64,000 bases of DNA from Tetramitus jugosus (taxonomy: Eukaryota; Protista; Heterolobosea), in assembly GCA_937625935.1 (NCBI GenBank), contig OW569353.1:62001-126000 (forward strand), written 5' to 3'. The translations under genes were made by a program, and so were the position numbers. The notes below the pieces were generated by a model. That model was not told the DNA's origin, ran no database searches, and saw only the letters and a list, made by a program, of their open reading frames with translations. Each line of letters opens with the position of its first letter. The stretch's first letter is position 1. This document shows, piece by piece, positions 32,501 through 39,102 of this stretch.

Positions 32501-33911
32501 TCAATGCGAGTGTTCTCCAGGATGGACAGGATTGAAGTGTGACATCCCAATATGTTACAACATCAATGGTACAAGTGTTAATGTTTGCTCCAGCCATGGT
32601 CAATGTATGAATCCAAATCAGTGCCGATGCTCTCCAGGATGGACAGGATTGAAGTGCGACATTCCAGTGTGCTATGGTATCAACGGTACAAGTGTTAATG
32701 TTTGCTCGGGTCATGGTCAATGCATGAATCCAAATGAGTGCAAATGTTCTCTCGGATGGACAGGATTGAACTGTGACATCCCAATATGCCATGGTGTCAA
32801 CGGAACAAGTGTTAATGTTTGCTCCACTCATGGTCAATGCGCATATCCAAACCAATGCGAGTGCTCCCCAGGATGGACAGGATTGAAGTGCGATATTCCA
32901 GTGTGCTATGGTGTAAACGGCACAAATTCTAATGCTTGTTCCAGTCATGGTCAATGCATGAATCCAAATCAATGCCAATGTTCTCCAGGATGGACAGGAT
33001 TGAAGTGCGACATTCCAGTGTGCTATGGTCTCAATGGAACGAATTCTAATGTTTGTTCCGGTCATGGTGTTTGTGTGGGTCCTGACACCTGTCAATGCAC
33101 TCCTTACTGGGAACTAAACCAATGTCAGCAACAATCTTGCTATGGTCAAGTGTTGTCTGAGCCTTCACTAACTGCTTTGAACTCGGTAACAAACTCAAGC
33201 TGTGTTGGAAAGTATGATAACGACCCTATCCAGCTCTTGGCATCTCTTTCTCACTCGAACTTCTCTGTTAGTCTCTTTGAATGGAGAGATGAGAGAGGTG
33301 TGCTTGTCAGAAGTACTTTAGGATTCTCAGGTACGGGATCAACATTGTTGACACCTCAGTTGCGTCCAACTTGTGACACATCCTACACCGCTCTTGCCAA
33401 ATTGGAGCACAGATGCTTTGGACAAAGATCGTTGAACGCTACAGTGTTCGTCAAGGTCGCTGAACGTCCTCAACTTTCAATCAGTCCTTCTGGATGTGTT
33501 ACGAGAAGAAGCGGTTTTGATTCTACTGTTCGTTTAACTGCGACTCTCCCAAAGAAATCTAGCTTTGTAACAAGTTTCAAATGGGTTTCATCCTCAGGAG
33601 AGACGTACACCACTCAGACGATTGATGTCGCTCCAACAAGCACCACGACATACACTGCGGTATTAACTTATCAGAAAGACTGCTTCAACCGTGGTACCAT
33701 CTCAGTATCCACTGTTGTTAGAGTAGTTGACGTGTCTTGTGGCAAGAAGAAGGTCACAGTGTGCAAGGTTCCGCCAGGAAACCCTAGAAACGCTCATGAA
33801 ATTTGTGTTTCGGAGAATGCTGTTTCTGCACAATTGTCAACTGGCTCTTATGTCGGCCCATGTTCATTGTCCTACACTGATTGTCCGAGAAGTAGCGAAC
33901 GAGACTGCTAA
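17565..33911 (+). CDS. Giant secreted protein (5448 aa): signal peptide, 7 fibrinogen C-terminal (FReD) domains separated by EGF pairs, about 70 tandem EGF-like repeats, 2 Ig-like domains and a C-terminal cysteine motif
   Basis: Hydrophobic signal peptide. Seven copies of SGVYWI...F.VYCDM...GWTVIQRR...FNQ.W..Y..GFG....HWLGN...FST.D.DND...GAGWWW...NLNG at about 17810-24910. 39-aa C..VCSGHG.C...C.C..GY.G..C repeats at about 24930-33140. No transmembrane segment seen. Confidence 0.93.
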   Translation: MSTTSIALKACLLVLLILNTLVLTQQQQDVQCFGIASSSAATVCSGHGSCSFTDVCYCEPFYGGSQCQLYLGNALGASSSNPGKSCFHVHRANYTLPSGVYWISPSGVSSSSFRVYCDMNDKDEFGNAGYTVIQRREPSTASQNFNQDWATYAAGFGAIGKSHWLGNDKISLLTKSASHMLRIQMVYKGVGYKANYRQFSVGDSVANYKLSVSGYSYDDQYWTSTGYIEGDSAVPVLGSCGQKLDGLDPRDSFSVQNNALFSTNNRDNDLYSYQHMANYYGAGWWWSSGNVYSNLNGVYKNGTYTGVANGIVWVGRENTLSYSIPEVTMKVRLASYTCKNRTVSCSGHGICNELDQCVCDAGFLGSDCSDHVDRTCNGILSTNATVCAGHGQCVGHDKCNCDYGYGGSFCATRLTLGATADFPGRHCFQIHRSNNALPSGIYWINPKNVTGGAFQVYCDMDDKDLFGNAGWTVIQRREPSTACFDFNQHWNSYKTGFGNLNTSHWLGNENIYTITSSDSFELRIDMQRRGVSYKANYNVFSVGSQATSYRLTTSGYSYDTVYWAGNGYYISTNPLNLDKQIHQQLDRCGTVRDGVDPKDGFSAHTNAMFSTYDKDNDGYSYQNMASYYGAGWWWMSSGNVLANLNGVSKNGTYSGVTNGIVWNSDNSYSMNDVVMKIRPRSYKCKNSAVSCSGHGSCDGYDTSVPPQNTTTWSDTCTCDEGFFGADCSDRVDRSCHGYSATHKYVCSTRGTCVAQDTCKCRLGAAGKRCEKVIELGTDPSFPGYDCFHIHRANPALASGVYYVNPSNTTDGVFKVYCDMDDKDQNGYAGWTVIQRREPDTACFDFNQNWINYRDGFGSLQSSFWLGNEQIYNLTNKASHELRIDLEFGKKLYKANYAQFSVDSAATKYRLKVSGYSYDTMYWTSAGYTISSNPMKLDSIYPKMDQCGVNLNGMDPTDGFAVQNGAMFSTKDADNDGYSYQHMANYYGAGWWWMSSGNVASNLNGVYRNGTYKVDSLLWPSFSTSSTFSVMKIRRNSYSCKNRTTSCSGYGDCDRYSTLVTPEKISVFQDICVCDLGFFGDDCSDNYQRSCNGIEAKDPNVCSAKGKCVAHERCLCDVGYGGKACEKKLKLGTDPTFPGEHCFHIHRSDRTLPSGVYWVNPNNSTAFQVYCDMDDVDPSGNAGWTVIQRRESASSCYNFNQPWVAYRNGFGSLYTSHWLGNRQINLLTTTTAGMELRIDMTYGSDSYKANYYTFAVNSEANRYGLTIGGFSYDREYWVGSGYFAATNPVNLDKQIHQQLDSCGGVIDGLSPNDGFGAQNGASFSTNDRDNDGYYYQHMANYYGAGWWWSSSGNVYSNLNGAYKNGTYAGITNGIIWPALKNTASYSMPYTVMKIRPRSFNCKNSTFSCSGHGDCDALTDWISPSYMTKWRDMCICDEEAGYFGPNCADRKYRTCDGVAANSTCVCNGHGACVAQDTCKCETGYGGLYCEVRLVLGGDRTFPGFDCFHIHRSNRTLSSGVYWINPKNVTGGAFQVYCDMDDKDLFGNAGWTVIQRREPSTSCYNFNQNWVNYRDGFGALNSSFWLGNEYIYTLSTSDRAKMQLRVDMEYKGRLYNANYDTFSLGNEASKYKLTIGGYSYDQQYWTGDGYHISTNPLSLDYVHPELNACGALVDGLNPKDSLSLSTGALFSTRDADNDGYYYQHMANYYGAGWWWMSSGNVNVNLNGAYRNGTYAGVSNGISWQALEGTLNYSPTYVSMKVRSRSYTCKNRTVSCSGNGDCDYYLQSLTGNYVSSWKDVCVCDPGFMGDNCADNINRMCGGLPSSNPNVCSGNGQCIGQDICSCNLGYGGDVCETKLQLGTEKSFPASHCFQIHRSNRTLPSGIYWINPKNVTGGAFQVYCDMDDKDLFGNAGWTVIQRREPSTSCYNFNQNWVNYRDGFGDLDLSHWLGNEKVNQMTTTSSMSLRIDMIYDKQLYKANYAGFSIASEASRYALTVNGFSYDSNYWIGDGLISTVNPLGLDSVHPQLDTCGNNQDGMNPKDSLGNQNAASFSTYDRDNDGYYYQHMANYYGAGWWWSSSGNVYSNLNGAYKNGTYAGITNGIIWPALKNTASYSMPYTVMKIRPRSFNCKNSTFSCSGHGDCDQYLDNVSAQSISEYKDKCICQTGFNGTDCSDHEERTCNGISSQSTSVCSGKGQCSAYDSCTCVSGYAGAWCERSISLGTDSTYPGLTCFDIHRANVSLPSGVYWINPSRTATPYQVYCDMDDKDVNGNSGWTVVQRREPNSGCFSFNQVWNNYRDGFGDLSSSHWLGNDRLFDITQNVPSQLRVTLLYKGSLYSADYRTFAVGAQATKYRLTISGYSYEGSQNPKDGLSAHNGALFSTTDADNDGYYYQHMANYYGAGWWWSSSGNFYSNLNGAYKNGTYTGVTNGVVWSGFGTNLYSIPSVVMKVRPRSVSGVYAYNCMNSTVSCNGNGFCNSADSCACFDGYSGSSCNTTRTCNGVVFKDSSVCSGRGICVGLNQCSCSSPFAGVNCEQQVSCFGVLANSSSVCSGKGSCVSQDNCACSFGYSGADCSAGQCYNVSATSSSVCSGNGRCVDGACQCNAGYTKDQCEEVICHNQHASNPLVCSGNGVCTSPDVCTCTLGYTGSNCDVSTCHGLEESDIQVCSGNGICVSADTCSCADGFSGSNCEIIRYCDGIAFNNGSVCSAHGSCIHNGSCSCLPGYSGLNCELNVCFNLTSNDPQVCSGHGSCVGPNTCACQPGFGGSCCGAARTCGGILFTDPNVCAGHGVCIKEDICQCEVGHEGRFCGRTRTCGGYNFTDPEVCSGRGECVATDICSCSDGYKGFSCELPVCFSKASGDSNVCSGRGTCVAPNVCECLPQYSGMNCELTKCYGKNNTDPTVCSSRGTCKTPDTCVCNSGYDGDECELILCNGIGHDNVEVCNSRGNCTAPNKCSCDPSFRYAGNDCESAICYGKFGSGACSAHGVCASPDNCECSQDYNGYDCSVPLCFGLNATDSDVCSDRGTCVRANTCSCNAGYGAQDCSQPVCYGILATSSAVCSGVGSCESPNNCTCTNGYFGDRCEQTTCFDIHYRNESVCSSHGSCVQHDRCSCNFGYVGTECETLTCYGLNSTDERVCSGQGACVAPNKCECSTGYTGATCSSPICYGVASTSSAVCSGHGSCSSPNQCECISGYSGNQCQFPSCFGKNSTDSNVCDGHGVCASKDSCACSPGFIGSNCDQMACFQVASQSAGVCSGNGRCIGPNTCKCDAGFAGANCESITCFGINERSPLVCSGHGSCANFDSCVCRPGFSGADCSVVQCFGVNSTDSNACSGSGTCYGPNTCSCATGYQGADCSYPVCFGRRSDSIRACGGHGVCVGVDQCVCHPFYSGKDCSVTTCSSTASNDSSVCSGHGQCVAHDTCSCADGYSGSNCEEFSCNGLKPNDSNVCGGRGTCVGIDECQCHNGTYGDNCQYHYCQVQSAPTASYCSGRGNCSQDNVCDCSGGYFGGNCEHTTCRNVNSTDSASVCSGQGKCTALDTCTCRNGYLGGNCEVPVCFGKSNITDAQVCGGNGDCTSANKCSCSEGYSGLECEYPVCYGIEADERSACSGRGSCSSPNNCECDAGWIGPDCSIPTCFNISSTSSSVCSRHGQCVAKDFCFCNSGYTGAECQIPVCYHWPANDPSVCSAHGNCTAPDHCVCEEGYYGDDCSSGNSSNDTYCYGIESIDSQVCSGNGLCVDSDVCNCFEGFTGSQCQEVVCYGLSQNDPAVCNQNGYCAAPDTCVCTSDNFGGANCSTPICSERLADDPLVCSSRGSCLGPNVCECNEGYTGANCEESACSGCSGNGFCVAPYTCECYVGWVGQECDIPVCHGLNASDPAVCSGFGRCSANGCNCSDGHAGEQCEQVVCYGERSDSPTSCYGHGICVDVDVCLCEEGWVGDCSIPECHGVDSLNETSCSGSGTCIAPDTCSCNSGFGGSSCEYPICFGFNSSDARACSSHGTCSAPGACICIEGWSSHDCSVPICHGVVATDSSVCNGNGSCLAPDMCECNSGYAPDNNCQQPICHGVNSGNSSVCSAHGSCISPDNCACSYGWVGSDCSTPICFHRNATDGLVCSGNGVCQSVDNCECGEGYSGTECSVPVCFGFNGSDSQSCSSHGSCVEPNKCLCEEGYTNLDCSTPVCFGAESTNYSVCSYHGACVDKDTCDCVEGFTGQKCELPVCFSKTLLNDTLCSGHGNCVEPDLCQCEQGFTGIECELPVCYGLSGEGACSERGSCSAPDQCTCSEGFTGDQCELIICHGLDTSDASVCSGHGVCSSPDLCECSAGYRGANCSLPVCFSLDNTQDGVCSNHGTCESPNTCTCEENYTGTNCQVPICFGFNATSPQVCSGNGRCISADQCVCMPGYTDVDCDEPICYGLNQSNPNCCSGNGFCNAPDTCICNDGYYGHDCSQFDCFYVAGNSSRVCSTHGSCVDKDTCVCEELYFGENCEQTTCYGINSTNPSVCSSHGSCKYFDSCLCLNGSYTGDQCEQSICFGKNSSDSSACSSHGDCVAPNNCQCHEGYMGTKCDIPICFNISATEESVCSGQGNCVSPNMCECDTGYTGDQCQLSICYGINQTDPSVCSGHGACIDRDNCLCSNGYGYTGSRCDVPICYDFSGSDPYVCSSHGTCVSPSHCECKPGYTGKNCQLNICYGVNQTSCAVVCSGHGECIRPDTCSCSNGYTGMECESPICYDVSSSDPNVCSSHGTCVSPNQCECKPGYTGKNCQLNICYGVNETRFADVCSGHGNCVSPNNCECKSGYTGKNCQLNVCYGINQTSCSVCSGHGECIRPDTCSCSNGYTGSDCSVPICNGVLGNSPNVCSSHGSCQSPDNCSCRSGYTGRNCELVSCFGVASDNALVCSGQGQCMNPNQCECSSGWTGSKCDIPICYDINGTSINVCSGHGQCMNPNQCQCSPGWTGLKCDIPVCYGINGTSSYACSGHGQCMNPNQCECSPGWTGLKCDIPICYNINGTSVNVCSSHGQCMNPNQCRCSPGWTGLKCDIPVCYGINGTSVNVCSGHGQCMNPNECKCSLGWTGLNCDIPICHGVNGTSVNVCSTHGQCAYPNQCECSPGWTGLKCDIPVCYGVNGTNSNACSSHGQCMNPNQCQCSPGWTGLKCDIPVCYGLNGTNSNVCSGHGVCVGPDTCQCTPYWELNQCQQQSCYGQVLSEPSLTALNSVTNSSCVGKYDNDPIQLLASLSHSNFSVSLFEWRDERGVLVRSTLGFSGTGSTLLTPQLRPTCDTSYTALAKLEHRCFGQRSLNATVFVKVAERPQLSISPSGCVTRRSGFDSTVRLTATLPKKSSFVTSFKWVSSSGETYTTQTIDVAPTSTTTYTAVLTYQKDCFNRGTISVSTVVRVVDVSCGKKKVTVCKVPPGNPRNAHEICVSENAVSAQLSTGSYVGPCSLSYTDCPRSSERDC
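32247..33065 (+). repeat. Seven near-identical 117-bp tandem EGF-coding units
   Basis: The GGTCAATGCATGAATCCAAAT-like start recurs at 32247, 32364, 32481, 32598, 32715, 32832 and 32949 (period 117). Confidence 0.9.
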
Positions 33912-33974
33912 AGTGGTTACATCCCAATAAAGTACCCTTATTAACTAATCTCGATTGTTCGACGAAATTAACAC

Positions 33975-35849
33975 TCATTTTATTTTGTACACCTTCCATG
34001 CCATGATATACCGCTCATCAGACAAACGACGCAGGAAACTGTGAACGTCTGAAGATGACTGAAAAGGCACTGGATTCTTAAGATTGGAGTCGTGGTTGAA
34101 CCAACAAAAATACTTTCGATTCTTAATCGAAGAATTGCGGGACGAGTCGTGACTTGTCATTGTTGTGGCACTGTCATCCCCTGTAGGAAATGGTTGTGTT
34201 ATCATATCCGTTTCTTCTACCAATTGAACCTGCTCAGATGAAGCTGGCTGTTGACTTTCGATATTGTGTTCATTGTGAGGAGTCGAACAACTAAAGGTTG
34301 CGTCGGACAATGTACCTGATATTTGTCGATAGTGATTCTTGTGTTCGTCCATTGTTTGTTTGCAGTGTAGCACCGATGATGGTGCTTCCCTGTTGAGATC
34401 ATCTTCTTGACTAGGTCCAGATTGAGCAAACACTTTACCAATGGAGAACCAGTGTCCACCTACTGCTGCCTGAACATACTCATCCTGCTCTGCCTTGGCT
34501 GTCACTTGACTGTTGTTGTCCATACTTGGTTGTGCACTCTCAGTACTGGCATAGATGTTCTTTGTCTCATCTGCCGGAGCAGAACATGTGATGCGTCGCC
34601 ACAGAGACCAAACATAATGAGAGAATGAAGTGGAAGAAGACGACGACAAAGACGAAGCTACATGATCCCTATTCATCTGACTTCTCCTCATTTTTCTCAT
34701 TTGCATCTGGTTGACCACAATTCCAATCATATTTTCATCATTCCAATCACAGTGTTGCTGCTCCTGACTCAAATGCAACCGTTTCATTTCATATCCATTC
34801 TGTCTCAACGCTTCATCAATCACTTCAAACGAATAGTTGCCAAACGATCCCAACAAGAATCGTTTCGACCTATGTTGATTCTTAATTTTTACAGTGTAAA
34901 TGGGTTTCTTCTGCTTCTTATTCCTTCCTCTCGTGCATGAACCAAATGGCGACAATAGACAAGAGAACCACGAATACCCATCATCATCACCACCTTCATC
35001 ATCTTCATCGTCGTCCTTACTATTCTCCTTCTTTGTACATTCTTCTTCGCAAACAATCATCACATCATCATCAACTGTTATCACATGAGATTCGGAATCA
35101 TTCGATGATCCATTTCCACAATGTCTCGCACAATCATCTATCGATCCATACTCACTCTTCCTATCCTTCTTACTTGTTGTTTCTGTCTCAACAACACAAA
35201 ACAATTCTTGTTCTCTTCTGTGCATCTCATCTGCCAACTGATCCAAATGTTCAATTTCAATTTTGGCTCCAGGATCCAATTGCAACAGATTATTGATGCA
35301 ATGAAGTCCACAGAATTGTCTATATTGTTTCTCATGATGCACCTGAATCGCTGTCGATGTTGAACATACTCTATTCGTAGTCTTATTGTTGCTATTATTA
35401 TTATTATTATTATTAGTGATAGTATGAGTAGCTATTGGTTGTTTTGTTTTGTGTTGTAGACGACGAGTGGTGTTGACTACATGATGATTCAGCATGGGTG
35501 GTTTGAGTGGACCCTCGAGTGAAGGTTCCAATCGCATTGATTGAGTTGTTGTAATGAGATCATGATGATGATGTTCTTCAGTTGACCTCGTGGGAGAAAA
35601 TGATGGTCCAAGCTCTCGATTGTGAGGAGCTGTGGCAGAGGTGAGAGAAGATGTTGTTTGTCCATATTGACGCAACAGATCTTGCGGTTGTTCGTCATGG
35701 TAGTTGTCTGCCGCCAAGAGTGGAACTGTAAACGACGTTGTCGTGGTGCGAATTTTATTTCGGCGCTTATGTTTTCTTTTGTCGGCGTTTTGATGGTTCC
35801 GATGGTAAGCGGACTCTGGCCCATATGCAGGTGGTGGTTGATGGGTCAT
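33975..35849 (-). CDS. Josephin-family deubiquitinase with large low-complexity insertions
   Basis: HHEKQYRQFCGLHCINNLLQ (catalytic Cys), GNYSFEVIDEAL, GGHWFSI (His) and WFNHDSNLKNP (Asp). First in-frame ATG is at 35849. Confidence 0.85.
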   Translation of the reverse strand: MTHQPPPAYGPESAYHRNHQNADKRKHKRRNKIRTTTTSFTVPLLAADNYHDEQPQDLLRQYGQTTSSLTSATAPHNRELGPSFSPTRSTEEHHHHDLITTTQSMRLEPSLEGPLKPPMLNHHVVNTTRRLQHKTKQPIATHTITNNNNNNNSNNKTTNRVCSTSTAIQVHHEKQYRQFCGLHCINNLLQLDPGAKIEIEHLDQLADEMHRREQELFCVVETETTSKKDRKSEYGSIDDCARHCGNGSSNDSESHVITVDDDVMIVCEEECTKKENSKDDDEDDEGGDDDGYSWFSCLLSPFGSCTRGRNKKQKKPIYTVKIKNQHRSKRFLLGSFGNYSFEVIDEALRQNGYEMKRLHLSQEQQHCDWNDENMIGIVVNQMQMRKMRRSQMNRDHVASSLSSSSSTSFSHYVWSLWRRITCSAPADETKNIYASTESAQPSMDNNSQVTAKAEQDEYVQAAVGGHWFSIGKVFAQSGPSQEDDLNREAPSSVLHCKQTMDEHKNHYRQISGTLSDATFSCSTPHNEHNIESQQPASSEQVQLVEETDMITQPFPTGDDSATTMTSHDSSRNSSIKNRKYFCWFNHDSNLKNPVPFQSSSDVHSFLRRLSDERYIMAWKVYKIK

Positions 35850-36083
35850 GTTGGTTTTGATGATAATCGCTCTATCTTGTTGTTCTTTTGTTGTTGTTGT
35901 GTTGCTGTTCAATTTTCCCTTTTGATTGTTCAGTTGCTTTTTGTGGTGGAATTGGAACTTGGAACGACACAGGTCGAACCGGAGGTTAAATATGGCAAAG
36001 AAATTTCAAGGAAAGCAAGACAGTTACAAAGAAAATTTGTTGTTTGTTGTCCAAAACGAACTATCGGTGAGAAGGTACCTGTT

Positions 36084-37010
36084 CTACAGCAGATAGGGTA
36101 TGATCGCCTTGCGATTCTTTGGATAGGAAGATCCAAATTTTTCATGGTACCACTTGTGTTGACTGAGAGCTCTGGGCAATAGATTCAGAGGTGTCCAAAT
36201 GGCAAACACAATAGCGGCACAGTGGCCTGTCAGTACCGCATAGCCAATCCATTCGATCATCTCACCAAAATAGTTGGCACAGGTAACTAATTCAAAGTAT
36301 CCTCCACGTGGTATCTTGTACTTTTCTCTTGCGTGATCCCTTGCTTCTTCTCGTTCTGTTGACCTCGTTCTTCTCAGATTGAACAAAATCTCATCCGATG
36401 TATAGTTGATATAGAAGCCATAAAAGAACAAGAACAGTCCAACTACAATCCGAACCATGTCTCCATAACCTCCAATCGCACCACCCTGATCCGCGCTCTC
36501 GATCGCGTAATGTGCATTGAGATATCCATTGGTACAACAAAACATGAATCCACACAAAGTAATCAACAGAGTTGAGTCACTCATGGACACACAACGGAAC
36601 CATGTATAAATAATAGCTCTGTGAATGTAATGGAACTGAAATAGTGCAAAATAGAGCCAATGTCTCCAATTGGGATCAAAACCCTGTTTGCCATACACGG
36701 CACTCAAGAACGTGACACCATACATGAGAAACGAAGGAGACTCCTGAAAGCACCAAGCCCACTTGCCAGGTAAGGAACAAAACTCGATCAACTGTTGCAT
36801 GGGATCTCTCTTCTCGTTCCCTTTCGATTGTTGTTGATCTCTGTTACTAGTGGAAAGTTTGCCATAGGGAGCTGCTCTGAAAAACAGAGTAATAAATGTG
36901 ACGATCCCGAGCCAAAACTGAGTGGCGATCAACACTTCACTCAAGTTGTTTTCTGATAAGAAGAGAATTGTTTTCGCACAATGGATGACACTCGCACAAG
37001 TGTTTAGCAT
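36084..37010 (-). CDS. 3-oxo-5-alpha-steroid 4-dehydrogenase (SRD5A/DET2 family)
   Basis: APYGK, AWCFQESPS, FQFHYIHRA, SDEILFNLR, YKIPRGGYFELVTCANYFGEMIEWIG, NLLPRA..HKWY.EKF..YPKNRKAIIPY. The likely start is the ATG at 37010. Confidence 0.93.
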   Translation of the reverse strand: MLNTCASVIHCAKTILFLSENNLSEVLIATQFWLGIVTFITLFFRAAPYGKLSTSNRDQQQSKGNEKRDPMQQLIEFCSLPGKWAWCFQESPSFLMYGVTFLSAVYGKQGFDPNWRHWLYFALFQFHYIHRAIIYTWFRCVSMSDSTLLITLCGFMFCCTNGYLNAHYAIESADQGGAIGGYGDMVRIVVGLFLFFYGFYINYTSDEILFNLRRTRSTEREEARDHAREKYKIPRGGYFELVTCANYFGEMIEWIGYAVLTGHCAAIVFAIWTPLNLLPRALSQHKWYHEKFGSSYPKNRKAIIPYLL

Positions 37011-37086
37011 TTTCACAAACTTCTCGGAATTTTTGGTGGCTTGTGGAAAGTGGTTGTGTTGTTTTATGTTTGCGATCTCGAGATTT

Positions 37087-39102
37087 TCAGATCGTTGCTG
37101 CCTGTTGATCGATTTGGAAGAGATGCGACATCCGGTGACCCAATTTTCTCCTCTTGGCGTCATTGAGCTCTTCCGTTTCTTCTTCTTCTTCGAGAATTGT
37201 TAGTTCCTCACGCATGTCCTGGTTCATTTTATCGATTAGAGTTTGAGCTGTTTCAAGCATGGACAACTGTGCAAGAAGAGTCTCATTCTTGAGCATCAAT
37301 TCATCATAATGGTTCTGGAAAGTTGCTTGCATTTCTTGTATTTCTTTCCTCAACGATTCATTCTCTTCAACCATACTAATCTCCTCCAAGATGAACTTTT
37401 CCATTTGATAGCAGTTCATATTGTCCTTCTCAAAACACTCTGGAAGAGGTTCAGGAACATAGGGCTTCTCCGATGTTTCTTCTCGTTTCATCTTCTTCAA
37501 GTGGCTCTTCTTGGGCACTCTTTTCTTGACCGGAACAATTGGGACAGGCTCTGTTCTTTGTCCATATCGAGTTTTCGACTTGTTTGTCTTACGTCTTGCT
37601 TGTTCTCTCTTCATCTTTTCCTCCAATTCTGCAGAATCACCATTGAATTTGACTCTCTTTCCCACTCGAATCATTTGAGTCGGAGGAGCAATCGTTGTCA
37701 CATTTACTCCCTGAGTGGAATGGTTGACTTGAGTGTTCTCTTCCATCGAAACAGAATTCAATGCTTGAGAAGTTGGATCTGACGTCCTGATAACATTAAT
37801 CTCACCACTGGCCCCAATTGCAGCTATTACGAACACAGTTTGATCCTTCTTACCATCTGAAGAAGTCTTCGGTTTCTGTTCTTGATCAACCATTGGCCTC
37901 CAGATACGCCTCCGAGCATTGATAAACCAATTATTGACTTGTGTCAGAGTGAGACCAGTCATCTTACTGAGTTCATCCTTTTCTGCATCACTCGGGTAGG
38001 GATGGGTGAAGTGATCTTGGAGCCACGACTTTAATAGTTCGACAGACTTTTTGGGTAAGTTGCCTCTGCACATGACAGCATTGACTGCTTGAGCTACGTT
38101 GTTCTCATTGCTATTGTTGTTCGGCAAAGACAGTGTAGCATCACCAGGTGCCTGATGAGAAGTATTATGAGGATGAAACATGTGAGAATTTGAGTTTGGT
38201 GTTGGCATTGAAGGATGATGATAGTGAGTTGTAGTATTGGGTGATGCAACTTGTGGACTCGAATTCAATACATCAATGTTGCCACCTCCACCTACCGTAG
38301 TTCCAAACGATTGTTGATGTTGAGCATGAGAAACATTGGAATGGAACACGTTGGATGATATGGATGGCTGGTGCTGTGGTTGTGATGGTGGTTGTTGTTG
38401 TTGAGAAGAAGATTTAGGTGATGAAAGAAGAAGTGAATTGATGGGAGATGACGATGATGTGGGTGCGTTATGAGTAGGTGAAGCTCTAAAATAGGAAATT
38501 TCACCACCAAAGGATTGAGACGATTGTGGCATGTTTGTTGTTGGTGAATAATGAGAAGAGGAGTTGGATGGTTGACCATGAGAATGATAGAGCTGTTGTG
38601 CTGGTGCTTGAGGTGGGTGATGTTGTTGTTGATGTTGGTGATGGTGATGATGAATGATAGGTGAATGATGTGAAGGAGATGGTTGATAGTACATGGCTTG
38701 ATGGGAATAGTGAGTACCATTAGAGCTTGCATTGTGTTCATTGTTGTTGTTGTTGTTGTTATTGTTGTTCATTGTCATCATCATCATATTGCTATTGTTA
38801 CTGGTGTTGTGATACGTAGAATACGTATTGTTGCTGCTGTTGTTCATCGAGTGATTGCTTCGTGGAGAATACATTGGTTGGTTGGATGGATGATTGTTCA
38901 ATGGAGTGAATGTATGATTATTATGGTTGTTCTCAGAGTAAGGAAATATTGGTTGTGAGCTTTGATGATTGTGATTGGCAAAGAGTAGAGCTTCATAGGG
39001 TGGAAGACTGACTTGTCTTGACTGTGGCGAAGAATCGTTGGTTGGACCAAGGTTGCTGAGAGGTTGATGAGGATTGTTGTTCATAGAGGTGGTGTTGTTC
39101 AT
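37087..39102 (-). CDS. TALE-class homeodomain transcription factor
   Basis: RGNLPKKSVELLKSWLQDHFTHPYPSDAEKDELSKMTGLTLTQVNNWFINARRRIWRP has the PYP loop extension and WFIN. N/H/Q-rich N-terminus and coiled-coil C-terminus. Confidence 0.93.
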   Translation of the reverse strand: MNNTTSMNNNPHQPLSNLGPTNDSSPQSRQVSLPPYEALLFANHNHQSSQPIFPYSENNHNNHTFTPLNNHPSNQPMYSPRSNHSMNNSSNNTYSTYHNTSNNSNMMMMTMNNNNNNNNNNEHNASSNGTHYSHQAMYYQPSPSHHSPIIHHHHHQHQQQHHPPQAPAQQLYHSHGQPSNSSSHYSPTTNMPQSSQSFGGEISYFRASPTHNAPTSSSSPINSLLLSSPKSSSQQQQPPSQPQHQPSISSNVFHSNVSHAQHQQSFGTTVGGGGNIDVLNSSPQVASPNTTTHYHHPSMPTPNSNSHMFHPHNTSHQAPGDATLSLPNNNSNENNVAQAVNAVMCRGNLPKKSVELLKSWLQDHFTHPYPSDAEKDELSKMTGLTLTQVNNWFINARRRIWRPMVDQEQKPKTSSDGKKDQTVFVIAAIGASGEINVIRTSDPTSQALNSVSMEENTQVNHSTQGVNVTTIAPPTQMIRVGKRVKFNGDSAELEEKMKREQARRKTNKSKTRYGQRTEPVPIVPVKKRVPKKSHLKKMKREETSEKPYVPEPLPECFEKDNMNCYQMEKFILEEISMVEENESLRKEIQEMQATFQNHYDELMLKNETLLAQLSMLETAQTLIDKMNQDMREELTILEEEEETEELNDAKRRKLGHRMSHLFQIDQQAATI

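Noticed and set aside
32247-33065. CRISPR-like array
   Set aside because: The repeats are contiguous, in-frame EGF-coding units without unique spacers, in a eukaryotic gene.
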